DNA of 58,485 nt, filler included, from Limisphaerales bacterium (GTDB lineage: Bacteria > Verrucomicrobiota > Verrucomicrobiia > Limisphaerales > SIBE01): NCBI GenBank assembly GCA_044225505.1. It is 3 parts of 2 records of this genome, joined end to end, with 100 filler letters (N's around TTAATTAATTAA, not from the genome) between each part and the next. Parts side by side here need not be neighbours in the genome. Positions count along the whole stretch, not along the records: positions 12,073 to 30,663 come from JBGAIN010000009.1; 2 more parts are not named here. The stretch is one strand, 5' to 3'. The position numbers and the translations under genes are program-made. The notes beneath the pieces were generated by a model, which did no database searches, was not told the origin of the DNA, and saw only the letters and a program-made list of their open reading frames with translations. This document shows, piece after piece, positions 19,928 to 29,982 of this stretch. Position 1 is the first letter of the stretch. Each line of letters opens with the position of its first letter.

Positions 19928-21400
19928 GTGAACTCAAGAGTGTTGCGTGGAAGTTTATGGATTCTTCTCGTTCTCATCGGAACTGCCTTAGCCATTTTGC
20001 CGCTGAGTGCCCGCTCTAGACCAACTCAAGTTCAGGCGAACAACGGTTCGATTCTCCGTCTCGAAGGAATCAAGTATAAGTCGAAATCGACTGCATTACG
20101 CTGGAATCGATGGATTGAACGAGGACGCCAATGGCTCGCAGAAAGCTTGGGCCGCACTCCGTTAAATGATGCTTTCGCGCCGCCAGATTCTCTAGTCTTC
20201 TGGATTTCCCTCTTGGACAAAGGGACCGGTAAGGCCTTGACGACTCTACCGATTTGGTCCGTGGTCGCCGTGGACAGTCACGGTTGCGAATTCTCAACAA
20301 CGGTTACCGGGTTTGGGCCAGGAACGTTGCGCCTCGTTGGGACAGGGAATCCACTCGCCGCGGCAGCACTCACGGGCTTCCCCCGGCGTGACCGTTTCTT
20401 CACCCTTCGATTCGTAGAGCGCGGCAATGTCGAGGCTGAGCTCAAAGTGCCGAATCCGGCATATCGACGGTATCCAACTTGGACGACAGAACCTCTTCCC
20501 GCGATAAGACCTTTAGGGACTTCGAACGTTACCCTTGTCAACTTCGACAACGTCTGGGGCACTAGTCCGTTCGCGAATCCCTTTCCGGAAAGGCAATTTA
20601 CTCTTACTCCTAAGTTCCAATTGCCCCCCGAATGGGAACTCGACGACATCAAAGTCGAAGATGCCACCGGAAATTCTAGTGCGCCGGCGTGGGCTCCGAA
20701 CTATGGACCGTCACCCTCTATGTTCCGCCGTCGTCGGCCTTGGGAACCGATGTTCGCGCAATTTGAGCTCTGCACCAATGAATCAGCGTGGAAATTGATC
20801 GCCAGTCTGCGCAGGACCACGGACGCGAAGTTCGCGCCTAATGAAGTCTGGACGATTCGCGATCTGCAAATCCCAGCGGCTGGGAAGTTGCGCAATCTGT
20901 CTGTCTCAAATAGCTGGCAGGGCGTTACGGTCAGGCTCTGCGCCATTGCCGGTCCGGCGGAAGTCACATATTCGAATGGCGTTCCCGTTCTGGTGTCGCA
21001 GGTTAAACCGAAAAGCGAGAGGATACTGGCGAATCGGTTCCCAGGCGCTGCCTCGGTCCCTTTCTTGATTCCGGTGCGCAGTGAGAAACCTCAACTGTTA
21101 ATTCAGGTCTCAGGCCTAGACGGCTCGGTTCGCCTTCAGACGACCGCTAGGACACCAAACGGGAACGAGCCATGTGGACAGCGGATGCGGTCGGGTGATT
21201 ATTTCGTTATCGAACTCACTCCTGCTCAAGACGCCCCATCCGTGGATCTTTCGTTCATCGCGCAGCGCCCCCAGACGGTGACATTCTTCATCCCTCCTAG
21301 AGCAAGAGTCGAGGATTCCCCGGCAGATAGCATGGCAAGACCACTCCCTAGTCCATCCCAAATGAGGCGCTTTTCGCATTTACAATCGACGCTCCAATAA
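19928..21400 (+). CDS. Hypothetical membrane-anchored/secreted protein
   Basis: 490-aa ORF with an N-terminal hydrophobic helix, preceded by a very AT-rich tract (19860-19915). Confidence 0.65.
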   Translation: MNSRVLRGSLWILLVLIGTALAILPLSARSRPTQVQANNGSILRLEGIKYKSKSTALRWNRWIERGRQWLAESLGRTPLNDAFAPPDSLVFWISLLDKGTGKALTTLPIWSVVAVDSHGCEFSTTVTGFGPGTLRLVGTGNPLAAAALTGFPRRDRFFTLRFVERGNVEAELKVPNPAYRRYPTWTTEPLPAIRPLGTSNVTLVNFDNVWGTSPFANPFPERQFTLTPKFQLPPEWELDDIKVEDATGNSSAPAWAPNYGPSPSMFRRRRPWEPMFAQFELCTNESAWKLIASLRRTTDAKFAPNEVWTIRDLQIPAAGKLRNLSVSNSWQGVTVRLCAIAGPAEVTYSNGVPVLVSQVKPKSERILANRFPGAASVPFLIPVRSEKPQLLIQVSGLDGSVRLQTTARTPNGNEPCGQRMRSGDYFVIELTPAQDAPSVDLSFIAQRPQTVTFFIPPRARVEDSPADSMARPLPSPSQMRRFSHLQSTLQ

Positions 21401-21628
21401 CAGTCGCAAGAACCACTTCGCCTTGCCAACTTGAACGGCATCGGTCCATACAGCTGTTGGGCTGCAATCGGAATGCAGTCCGTCTGCAACGTGCCAGCAG
21501 TAGCACAGTAGTTTTTCGACGACCATGCGGGTGAACTGGAGCAACTATGTCTATTATCACTGGGCGCGCCTTTGTTCTCCTTGCGACTCTTGAACGTTGC
21601 GGCGGCAGCGACTGTCCATTAGGCAACG

Positions 21629-21997
21629 ATGAAACGTCGCGCCATCCTTTTCGCGGCAGCGTTCCTATTGACGGGGATCTTGCACTGGTTTGTCGGCCCT
21701 GGGTCGTATCGGACGTCCCAGTCTACAGGCGCCGATCAGAATCGAATTTTGGCCGCGTTAAATGATTACGTGCAGACCTTGGAGCAAAAGCACGTCCCTC
21801 TCGCCCCAGCGGTCACGTTAGATGAGTTGATCCAGAATGGTTTCCTGAAACGTCACGAGGTTGTGGATTGGGATGTGAAAACAAGGTTTCCCCTGACCGC
21901 CCGTGGAGGGATGGGCCGCCATTTTCAACGTCACGCTCCAGCGCCGCAAGTTCCCGTTGGTCAAAGCGACCTCGCGCCTGCATCCGCATCCAGGTAG
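21629..21997 (+). CDS. Small hypothetical protein with N-terminal TM helix
   Basis: MKRRAILFAAAFLLTGILHWF leader; VTLDELIQNGFL segment reminiscent of pilin-like globular domains; C-terminus may be degenerate. Confidence 0.5.
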   Translation: MKRRAILFAAAFLLTGILHWFVGPGSYRTSQSTGADQNRILAALNDYVQTLEQKHVPLAPAVTLDELIQNGFLKRHEVVDWDVKTRFPLTARGGMGRHFQRHAPAPQVPVGQSDLAPASASR

Positions 21998-22015
21998 AGA
22001 CCGTTTTCCATACAA

Positions 22016-22915
22016 TCAGAGGCGTAGTTTACCGGCTTTTTTCCAATCCAACAGCAACTCGCGAAAACGTTGGACGGGAGGGCCATCGTCCTCCTCACTC
22101 CAGACGAAAACTAATGGAACAGTTTGCGCCGGACGGAGCAGGACGAACCGGAGTGTTTCCGATCCTGTAACCACGGAATCGGTCACTACGCCTATCCCAG
22201 CTCCAGCTTCAACGTAGTTTAAGACGGTGCCGATGAGGCTGGGCGTATAGGCCAGGCGCGGTGTCAGACCGGCCTGGCGACACCCCGCAAGCACGGCGTC
22301 GTGGAGACCCATCCCTTCGCGCCGGGCCAGTACGATCAACGGCTCGCGGGCGAGCGCGGTCCAGCGCACCGTCCGTCGACGGGCCAGCGGATGATCTTTT
22401 GGCACGACAATACCCAGCGGTTCGTGCCGCAGGATGATCGTATGCAGGCCGGCACCTTGAGGCGCCGCGACAGGACGGGTGAGAGCTGCGGAGAGGCGGC
22501 CCCGGACAACCATTTCCCAAACGCGCTCTGGGGTCCGCTCTTCCAAATGCACCGCCACGAGGGGGTAAAGGCGACGGTATTCGCGCAGGATCGGCGCCAG
22601 AAATGCCTGGGTGGGGGGACCGATGTAGCCAAGGCGTAACTCCCCTTCTTCACCGGCGGCCGTTCGACGCACGCGACGCATGGCTTCCTGCCAACGTTCC
22701 AGCAAGATGGCGGTTTCGCGCAGCAGAACCGCTCCTGCGGGTGTGAGCCGCACGTGATGGCGCGAGCGTTCTAGAACGGCGGCGTGCAGTTCCGCCTCCA
22801 TCTCTTTAACCGCGCGGCTGAGGGCGGGTTGAGCCACATGCAAGCGCCGTGCCGCGCGGGAGTAACTGAGCTCCTCCGCGATTGCTTGAAAGTAGCGCAG
22901 ATGGCGAAGTTCCAT
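22016..22915 (-). CDS. LysR-family transcriptional regulator
   Basis: MELRHLRYFQAIAEELSYSRAARRLHVAQPALSR HTH; LTPAG; VEAGAGI. Confidence 0.95.
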   Translation of the reverse strand: MELRHLRYFQAIAEELSYSRAARRLHVAQPALSRAVKEMEAELHAAVLERSRHHVRLTPAGAVLLRETAILLERWQEAMRRVRRTAAGEEGELRLGYIGPPTQAFLAPILREYRRLYPLVAVHLEERTPERVWEMVVRGRLSAALTRPVAAPQGAGLHTIILRHEPLGIVVPKDHPLARRRTVRWTALAREPLIVLARREGMGLHDAVLAGCRQAGLTPRLAYTPSLIGTVLNYVEAGAGIGVVTDSVVTGSETLRFVLLRPAQTVPLVFVWSEEDDGPPVQRFRELLLDWKKAGKLRL

Positions 22916-22921
22916 AAAGTC

Positions 22922-22942
22922 GTGATACCACAATGGCATCAC
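22922..22942. promoter_or_regulatory. LysR recognition site (T-N11-A dyad)
   Basis: GTGATACCA-CAA-TGGCATCAC near-perfect inverted repeat just upstream of the lysR ATG, between divergent genes. Confidence 0.7.
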
Positions 22943-23235
22943 GGAGATAGCGAGCTTTTATTTCCGTTCACACCGATCGCGTGCCACGTTGGGCCGTGAC
23001 GAACCAGTCCCTGGCCATACATTCATTTCTGGAGCTCGGAGTCACGGTGGGCACGCAGGATGCATTGGTGCTGGCGAGCAACGACAAAACTTGCCTGACG
23101 CGCCGTTGGACCGTGAGGACTCGCCCATTCTTCGACTGGGCGATGGGCCCTGTGCCTCTCCAGACTAAGCCCGAACTGGCGTTTGCCGTAGATTTCAGGA
23201 TGGCCCACAACACCGGACGTTAACGCAATTGTTGT

Positions 23236-24552
23236 ATGAACCAAGATTACGACACGATTCTCATTGGAGGTGGTCCTGCCGGAGCCTCCGCGGCGGCGGT
23301 GCTAGCCGAATACGGTCACCGCGTGCTCATTCTCGAACGCGAGAAATTTCCGCGGTATCACATTGGGGAATCGCTCATTCCCTTCACATTCCAGCCGCTG
23401 GAACGTATTGGGATGATTCCCAGGATGAAGGCCTCTCACTTCGTCAAGAAGTACAGTGTGACGTTCGTGCAACCGGATGGGCGTCGTTCTCAACCGTTTT
23501 ACTTCTTCACCCGTTACGACCGTGAAACGGTCGCGCAGACCTGGCAGGTCCTACGTTCGGAATTTGATCAGATGCTCCTGGACAACGCCCGGGAGAAGGG
23601 AGCGGAGGTGCGCGAAGAGACCACCGTGAACCGTTTGCTGATGGAGGGTGACAAAGTCGTGGGAGTGGAAGCGATGGACAAGCGCGGCAAGGTTTATTCC
23701 CTGCACGCGCGCATCGTCCTCGATTGCTCTGGCAAAGAGGCGTTTACGTCCAACCGTTTGGGTTGGCGCCTGCGCGATCCGTACTTGAACAAAATTGCGG
23801 TCTGGACCTATTACCGTGGTTCAAAACGCGAAGCGGACATCGACGAAGGTGCGACGACCGTCGCCTACGTTCCGGATAAAGGCTGGTTTTGGCACATTCC
23901 TCAACACGACGACATGGTGAGCGTGGGGGTTGTGGCCGAAGGCAAATACCTCACTCGTGACGATGTTCGGGATCCGAAACTGATTTTTCAGAGGGAGATT
24001 CATGAGAACGAGTGGATTAAGACGCATTTGGATCTCGGAGAACAGGTCGGCGAATACTTCCTCACTAGCGAGTATTCCCGCCATTCGCGATATTGTGCCG
24101 CCCGAGGATTGCTGCTCGTCGGCGACGCCTTTGCCTTTCTCGATCCGGTGTTCAGCAGCGGCGTGATGCTCGCCTTAAAGAGCGGCGTTCTCGCCGGCGA
24201 GACGGTGCATCAAGGGTTGCTTGCCAATGATCTTTCCCCAGCCCGATTTTCCCAGTACGGAGCAGTGATACGTCAAGGGGTGGAGAATATGCGGAAGCTC
24301 GTCTACGCATTCTACGACCCCCGATTCTCGTTCCGTGAAGTCATAAAAAAGCATCCTGCCGCTGCCGGCCTCATCACCGATTGCCTTTCCGGCGATGTGA
24401 ACAAAGATTTTACCGAGCTTTGGTCCTGGGTAGAGGAATTCGTGCCCCTGCCAAAGGATCTGCCCTACGGCGAACCGCTCTTGAGTCCGAACCACGAAAT
24501 GGCGTGCGCTTCCGGAGGAGGATCGCCGGGCGAGGACCTCAAACTTTCGTGA
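23236..24552 (+). CDS. Flavin-dependent halogenase-like / geranylgeranyl-reductase-family FAD oxidoreductase
   Basis: GGGPAG FAD motif, FPRYHIGESL, WFWHIP (WxWxIP) and GDAFAFLDPVFSSGV. Confidence 0.85.
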   Translation: MNQDYDTILIGGGPAGASAAAVLAEYGHRVLILEREKFPRYHIGESLIPFTFQPLERIGMIPRMKASHFVKKYSVTFVQPDGRRSQPFYFFTRYDRETVAQTWQVLRSEFDQMLLDNAREKGAEVREETTVNRLLMEGDKVVGVEAMDKRGKVYSLHARIVLDCSGKEAFTSNRLGWRLRDPYLNKIAVWTYYRGSKREADIDEGATTVAYVPDKGWFWHIPQHDDMVSVGVVAEGKYLTRDDVRDPKLIFQREIHENEWIKTHLDLGEQVGEYFLTSEYSRHSRYCAARGLLLVGDAFAFLDPVFSSGVMLALKSGVLAGETVHQGLLANDLSPARFSQYGAVIRQGVENMRKLVYAFYDPRFSFREVIKKHPAAAGLITDCLSGDVNKDFTELWSWVEEFVPLPKDLPYGEPLLSPNHEMACASGGGSPGEDLKLS

Positions 24553-24553
24553 T

Positions 24554-27484
24554 TTACGGAGTCCCGCGAACGCTGAGAATGAACGGTCCAGCGATGCGAC
24601 AGGCTGACGGAGCGCCGATCTCACGGCGCAGCCGCCCTAACCAGAGGCCCTGGACCCTAGACAAAGCGCGAGCCGGACTGCCCAGTCGGTGTGCGGTATC
24701 GTAGAAATCGGCTATGAAGTCGGTGGTCTGCGTGTCGTCGATCGACCAGAGGGTTAAGAGCAGGTTCCTGGCGCCGGCGTGAATGAATCCGCGCCGCAGG
24801 CCAAGCACGCCTTCGCCGCTGAGTGCCTCACCTGCGCCCGTATCACAGGCAGAGACCACGACGAGTCGAGTATTCGTCAAATTCAGCAGAGCAATCTCTG
24901 CAGCCGACAGAATGCCGTCGTTGTCCGGCGAGACAGATTCGCCGCGAGTCCACGCGGCGATGGTCCGATGCGCTGAGGCCAAGGCCAAGCCGCTGCGGAG
25001 CATTGGATTGTTGGCGACGCGGAGTGTCTGAGCTATTGAGCCCGGGTGACCGACGGAAGTGCGGTTTTCCTTTTCCGTGAACTCCGGCAGGACGAAGCCA
25101 TGAGTGGCCAAGTGAATCACCTCGGCCTCATCCGTGTGGCGCAACTGGGCTTCGGTGGCTGCTGGTCCGGCGTAAAGATTGACCTGGTTAAAGCCCGGGC
25201 GATGACCTTCGTCGCGCAGGCGTTCTCCTTCCTGGGCCGCCCCAGCGAGCGGTTGAAAACGTCGATTCTTAAGCAGATGCATCGTTCCGGACTGATTAGC
25301 CATCGAAGAGTTCGTTGCCACACTGTGGGAAGTGCCCGTGGTGTCGAAGTCCGGGTTAGCCCAGATCGCCAGCGTCCCGACGTTCGAGGGAGGTGGGCTA
25401 TCCTCCAACAGATCGCGGGCCGCCGAGACATAACTGAAGCTAAAGTCCTCGCCTAGGAAACGGCCGTTCGGTTGAAGGAGCGTCGCGAGAGAGACGAAAT
25501 TGAACTGAGCGTCGGGACTAAAAACAATGTTCGTGGTGGTCAGGGCGTTTTGAATGGGGCGCCAGATTAAATCGTGAAGATCTTTGAGCGTGGTGATGAG
25601 GTCATCCGGGTGCTCTGGGTGGTTCACAGCATGTTGGTAAAGGCGGATCTTGTGTTCGATCGCATTGGCCTCTCCCAGCTGGATCCAGCGTGGCTCCCCT
25701 TCATGCGCAAACACCAAAACACCGTAGTGATTTGTCCATTGGTACGACCCCAAGTAACGCGGATAACAGAGGCCTTCGAGCACGATGGTGTCCTTAGGGA
25801 TGGCCTGTTGCAGGTCTTCAAACGTCGTGTGCAGAATCCGGCGTGTCCACCCGGCACCGCTGATTTGACGAGCTCGAGTCCGTTCCAGCAATTCAACTTC
25901 TTCATGGGCCCGAGCCAGCTCTTGAGTCCAATAGAGCGTGAGATTGGTATTGCTTCCGGAGCTGGCGAGCGCGGTCCGCAGGCCAACAACCCGTTGGCGC
26001 GCGACTTGAATTCGTTGGTTGAGATCCTGGGTTTCGGAATCCCCGCCCTGACTCGCGATGGTTCGCTCTTCGATCAGCGCGTCCAAAACCAGCCCCTTGG
26101 TGCGCAGCAACGCTCGGGCGAGCGGGCGAACTGTGCCGGTACTGGCCCATGGAGAACAACGGTCAGCGACGAAGTTCACCATGACTCCCAAGCGTTGTTT
26201 TTCCGATGTGAAAGAAAGCACATCGTTGATGTAGTTTTCCTCGGCGTCTTGCAACCTCTCCGCGTTGGCCAACGCGGCGTCTTTCTTTCCCATCGCAAAT
26301 TGCACTCGAATCAAATCCCTCAGAGCGCCACACAGCCCATTAAGATAGGGCCCAGGTTTCACGTCGAAGAGCGCGCACGCTTGCAAAACGAATTTCTCCG
26401 CAGCTGCGTAGTTTCCACCTCGTTCTTCGAGCTGCGCCCAAAGCAACAGGCCTTCAAATTGTTTGGTCAATGGCAATGGCACGCCGTCAGGCATGGCCAG
26501 GACGGGCGGTCCGAACACGCGTTGCGCTCGCGCAAGGTCGCCCTCGTTCAAGTAAAGGTCTGCCAGCCCTTGGCGTGTGGACCAGATTGCCTCACCGTGC
26601 TGATCTCCAGTCGCGGCCGATCCTTCCAGAACTTCCAAACGCTGGAGCAGAGTTTTTTCTGCACGAGCGATGTCGCCACGCGCTCGATACACTCGGGCCA
26701 CGAGGTCGGAGGAAGTGGCTAAGGGGTCCGGGAGGGTTTTACCGAGCCGAAGCGCTTTCTCCACGCAACGCTCGGCTCCGTCTGTGTCGCTAATGCTCTG
26801 ATAGAGCCAGCCCAACGCAATCGACGATTTCCACCCAAGGAGATGCCGGTCATCGGACAGCTTCTCGGCAATCGCGATCGTTCGGCTAAAACAGTCCTCA
26901 GCCGCATTGAACTCGCCGACCATCGCTTCGAGTTGTCCGAGTTCATAAAGAACGTAACCAGTGAGGATGTGGTCCGGGCCTAACTCGCGCATTCGAATCG
27001 CCAGCGCGCGGGAGAGATAACTCCTGGCTTTCGGGAAGTCACCCTTCGTTCGGTAAAGGCCACCCATCATATTCAAACGTCGGGTCGTCGCGAGTGACTC
27101 CTTGCCATGGAGGGCTTCGTCGATGGTCAGCGCTCGTTGCCAGAGCTTCTCGGCCGATTCAAGGTCTCCAGCGAGTTGATGAAAAAAGGCCAGAAAGTGC
27201 ACGGCGGTGGCAGTAGCGTCGTCGTTTTCACCACGCAATTGTTGGGCGCGATCGACAAATTGAGCGGCTGCTTTCATGCCCTCGAAATAGTTCGACTCTT
27301 TCACCAGCTGCAGGCACCGATCTTCAAACAGGCCAAGGTCACCTTTGAGTTCCACATCCGCGGAAGTCGCGTTTGGGTGGCACAAAAGCACGAGCAGCCC
27401 GACCAGTCCGGCCAGAATCGATCTCCTGAATGCGGTTCCAGGGAATGCGCAGTGTCGTGAAACCTTGATTCCAATCTCGAACAC
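24554..27484 (-). CDS. Secreted TPR-repeat CHAT (caspase/separase-like) protease
   Basis: Signal-like N-terminus; TPR repeats (ALAIRMRELGPDH); CHAT motifs SPDAQFN, HLATHG (His), VVSACDTG (Cys), GVLGLRRGFIHAGA, TLWSIDD. Confidence 0.9.
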   Translation of the reverse strand: MFEIGIKVSRHCAFPGTAFRRSILAGLVGLLVLLCHPNATSADVELKGDLGLFEDRCLQLVKESNYFEGMKAAAQFVDRAQQLRGENDDATATAVHFLAFFHQLAGDLESAEKLWQRALTIDEALHGKESLATTRRLNMMGGLYRTKGDFPKARSYLSRALAIRMRELGPDHILTGYVLYELGQLEAMVGEFNAAEDCFSRTIAIAEKLSDDRHLLGWKSSIALGWLYQSISDTDGAERCVEKALRLGKTLPDPLATSSDLVARVYRARGDIARAEKTLLQRLEVLEGSAATGDQHGEAIWSTRQGLADLYLNEGDLARAQRVFGPPVLAMPDGVPLPLTKQFEGLLLWAQLEERGGNYAAAEKFVLQACALFDVKPGPYLNGLCGALRDLIRVQFAMGKKDAALANAERLQDAEENYINDVLSFTSEKQRLGVMVNFVADRCSPWASTGTVRPLARALLRTKGLVLDALIEERTIASQGGDSETQDLNQRIQVARQRVVGLRTALASSGSNTNLTLYWTQELARAHEEVELLERTRARQISGAGWTRRILHTTFEDLQQAIPKDTIVLEGLCYPRYLGSYQWTNHYGVLVFAHEGEPRWIQLGEANAIEHKIRLYQHAVNHPEHPDDLITTLKDLHDLIWRPIQNALTTTNIVFSPDAQFNFVSLATLLQPNGRFLGEDFSFSYVSAARDLLEDSPPPSNVGTLAIWANPDFDTTGTSHSVATNSSMANQSGTMHLLKNRRFQPLAGAAQEGERLRDEGHRPGFNQVNLYAGPAATEAQLRHTDEAEVIHLATHGFVLPEFTEKENRTSVGHPGSIAQTLRVANNPMLRSGLALASAHRTIAAWTRGESVSPDNDGILSAAEIALLNLTNTRLVVVSACDTGAGEALSGEGVLGLRRGFIHAGARNLLLTLWSIDDTQTTDFIADFYDTAHRLGSPARALSRVQGLWLGRLRREIGAPSACRIAGPFILSVRGTP

Positions 27485-27564
27485 AGACTCTTGAGTGCGA
27501 GCACCGGTCTAACGGTTTTTCATGCAACTGACAATCGATTTGCCAGAACAGCGTGCATTAATTC

Positions 27565-28236
27565 ATGATCGATGGCATGGACCGTCCGTTCCCTGCCATC
27601 GCGAGCCTAAAGGCTGGCGATGAATCCGCGTGGAGTGCGGCGTTTTCCTGTCTCTGGCCCGTTGCGTTGCACATCGCCAAGACGTCTCCGGGAAAATTGA
27701 CCTTATCCGACGCCGAGGAAATCGCCTGCGACGCGGTCCGGCTGGCCATCCGCGAGATCGCCCACGTCGAGAGCGAACGAGAATTGCGCGCCTTGGTGGC
27801 GGTCATTGCGAGGAGGCGAGCCATCATGTTGTTCCGCAAGAACTCCGCCGGAAAGCGAATTCACGGAAATGGAGTTTTAACCTCGTTTGACACTGGCTGG
27901 GACGAAGCGACGGCCGACCTGATGCATTCCTCGGATCCAGCGGTTTTCTTGATGGAAGCGGAAACACTGCTCCTGCTGGAGGACGCAATGAAGAAGCTGG
28001 ACCCGGTCACGCGGCAGTTGGTCCATGACAAGTATGTGGTCGGGGATTCCTACGAAGAGATCAGCGCCACCCACAAGATTCCCGTGGGCACTCTCTGCCC
28101 TAAAATCATGCGGGCGTTAAAACAGATCCGCGCTCGCCTGCAAGCATCACCAACACTGTTGAAAGAGCTGGGGCAGATTTTGCGACGTTATTCGGGTGAA
28201 AAGGGCGACGAGTGGGATGGGCGCTCGATCGCCTGA
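27565..28236 (+). CDS. ECF RNA polymerase sigma factor
   Basis: Region 2 (GDESAW...DAEEIA...IARRRAI) and region 4 (SYEEISATHKIPVGTLCPKIMRALKQIR). Confidence 0.85.
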   Translation: MIDGMDRPFPAIASLKAGDESAWSAAFSCLWPVALHIAKTSPGKLTLSDAEEIACDAVRLAIREIAHVESERELRALVAVIARRRAIMLFRKNSAGKRIHGNGVLTSFDTGWDEATADLMHSSDPAVFLMEAETLLLLEDAMKKLDPVTRQLVHDKYVVGDSYEEISATHKIPVGTLCPKIMRALKQIRARLQASPTLLKELGQILRRYSGEKGDEWDGRSIA

Positions 28237-28249
28237 GTGTATCTGGAAA

Positions 28250-29536
28250 ATGGATCAGGAATTCGAAATTCTAGCGGCCAAAGTCCTTGCGGGGGAAGCG
28301 TCCCCGGAAGAACGAGCTCGCTTGGACGAATTGCTCATGATCGATCCGCGATTAGAAGATACCCTCGCGGGGTGGGATGAAGCGGGTCGTACGCTCCAAG
28401 GGTTAGGGCCAATTCTTGCCGCGCTGGACGCTCCCCGTCGGACGGTGCCACCGAAACATCTGCGGTCGCTGGAAGATGAGGTCAAAACGTGCTTTGGGCA
28501 CTCTCATATCAACGCGGTTCACGAACCTTGGCGCGAAGAAAAAGCGGAACACTCCGAACCGTTGCCCGTCTGGCTTGGCTTGCTGTTTGGGAAGGGGCAA
28601 TGGGCGGCGGGAGCAATCTTGGGGGCAATCGTGGTCGGCTCGATCCTTTGGTGGTCGCATTCCACGTCGCGAGCGCCCGCGGCGGAGCGAAGCTCCTCCG
28701 TGGTGCATTTCGTTTTGCGCGAGGGTCATGCTCAGCTCCGTCGAAACGGGAGAATCGAGGTCATGCATCCCGTAACGCGACTTCAACAGGATGATCAGCT
28801 GAGCTTGGCGGCCGGGGCCAAGGCTTCGGCGTTCACCCGTGGGGGCACGATTGCGCTTGCGGGTCCTCGCGACGTTGTGGCGGCTGAAATTTTCTCTTTA
28901 CCACCCCAACTGGGGGGGGAAAAGAAAGGCGACGGGGTCCAGACCACCGAATATCTCACGGCCCTGTTCGGCGCCGCCACCGAACTCGAGTCGGCTCGCT
29001 TGCTCCTAACTATCCGCGGTGGGGACCCAATTCACATTTACTCGCCCATCGGCGCCACCAAATCTCTCGTGCCGACCTTCGTTTGGGCGGCCGACCCTGG
29101 TCTGTCCTACGAGATCACTGTCCAGGACGAGCTCGACTCGAGTCAACGACCGTGGGCGCTTACGGCCATTCGTCCACCCGTCGAATTTGCCCAACTCACC
29201 AACGGACCAGCAGCGGAGTTGTCACCGGATGGCCTATACCGAGTAAGCATCGTCGCCTCCGATACTCCATTGTCTAGGTGCACCGCGACCTTTCGCACTC
29301 TCAAAGACGCCGATCGGGCGCGCCCGCCGACGGGCTCGGCCTCGCTCATCCTTGCTGCGGAGATGCTTGCTGCGGACAAAGGACAGACCGGCGACGCGCT
29401 CGGGCAGCTTCTCAATCTCCCGGCGCCTTGGGCGACTTCGGAACTGGCGCTTCGCCTCAAGCTTTTGGCGTTTGGCCGGGCAGGATTTCGCGATGAGTTC
29501 GAATTGACGCTGCGCCAGATTCAAGGAGCGAAATAG
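28250..29536 (+). CDS. Putative transmembrane anti-sigma factor with extracytoplasmic domain
   Basis: N-terminal LAGEASPEERARLDELL (anti-sigma-domain-like); one TM helix (WAAGAILGAIVVGSILWW); C-terminal RGG...SP.G.T...PTFVW segment (DUF928-like); directly follows the ECF gene. Confidence 0.65.
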   Translation: MDQEFEILAAKVLAGEASPEERARLDELLMIDPRLEDTLAGWDEAGRTLQGLGPILAALDAPRRTVPPKHLRSLEDEVKTCFGHSHINAVHEPWREEKAEHSEPLPVWLGLLFGKGQWAAGAILGAIVVGSILWWSHSTSRAPAAERSSSVVHFVLREGHAQLRRNGRIEVMHPVTRLQQDDQLSLAAGAKASAFTRGGTIALAGPRDVVAAEIFSLPPQLGGEKKGDGVQTTEYLTALFGAATELESARLLLTIRGGDPIHIYSPIGATKSLVPTFVWAADPGLSYEITVQDELDSSQRPWALTAIRPPVEFAQLTNGPAAELSPDGLYRVSIVASDTPLSRCTATFRTLKDADRARPPTGSASLILAAEMLAADKGQTGDALGQLLNLPAPWATSELALRLKLLAFGRAGFRDEFELTLRQIQGAK

Positions 29537-29982
29537 CCTTTCTGGGGGGTGGACGACCGATTGTCGCTGGGTTTCAGCGGCTCCCAAAAATGATGCAATA
29601 AGAATCCCGCATTCCGCGACTACTCTGCTGCGCAGTATTATTGCTGGCGCTGGGGCGAAGCGTGCCCGCGTGCCGGTCGCAGGGTGCGGCCGGCTTGAAA
29701 TGGGGCGGGCATGCTTCGACCCAGACGTCCTCGAGACGCTTCTTCCAACTGGGTCGCCGCGGCGCGTTGAGCACGGCTTTAGAGAAATATGCTCGACCCT
29801 CACACCGCAACGGCATCTTTGTGTCGTTGCTCGTTCCTCAGATGCCCTTGCGCTGACGGGCTTTGGCGTCAAAAAGTAAGGTTTTTGCCCAGATTGCCGA
29901 TGTACTCACTGTCGCCCGGACGGCTTTCGCAGCGTTGGCGAAGCTCGGAAGTTCCGGTTTATGTGACGATCATGGTGTTGTT

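Noticed and set aside
21424..21462. TGCCAAC...GTTGGGC after the 490-aa ORF as an attC
   Set aside because: Too short and no internal L-box pairing.
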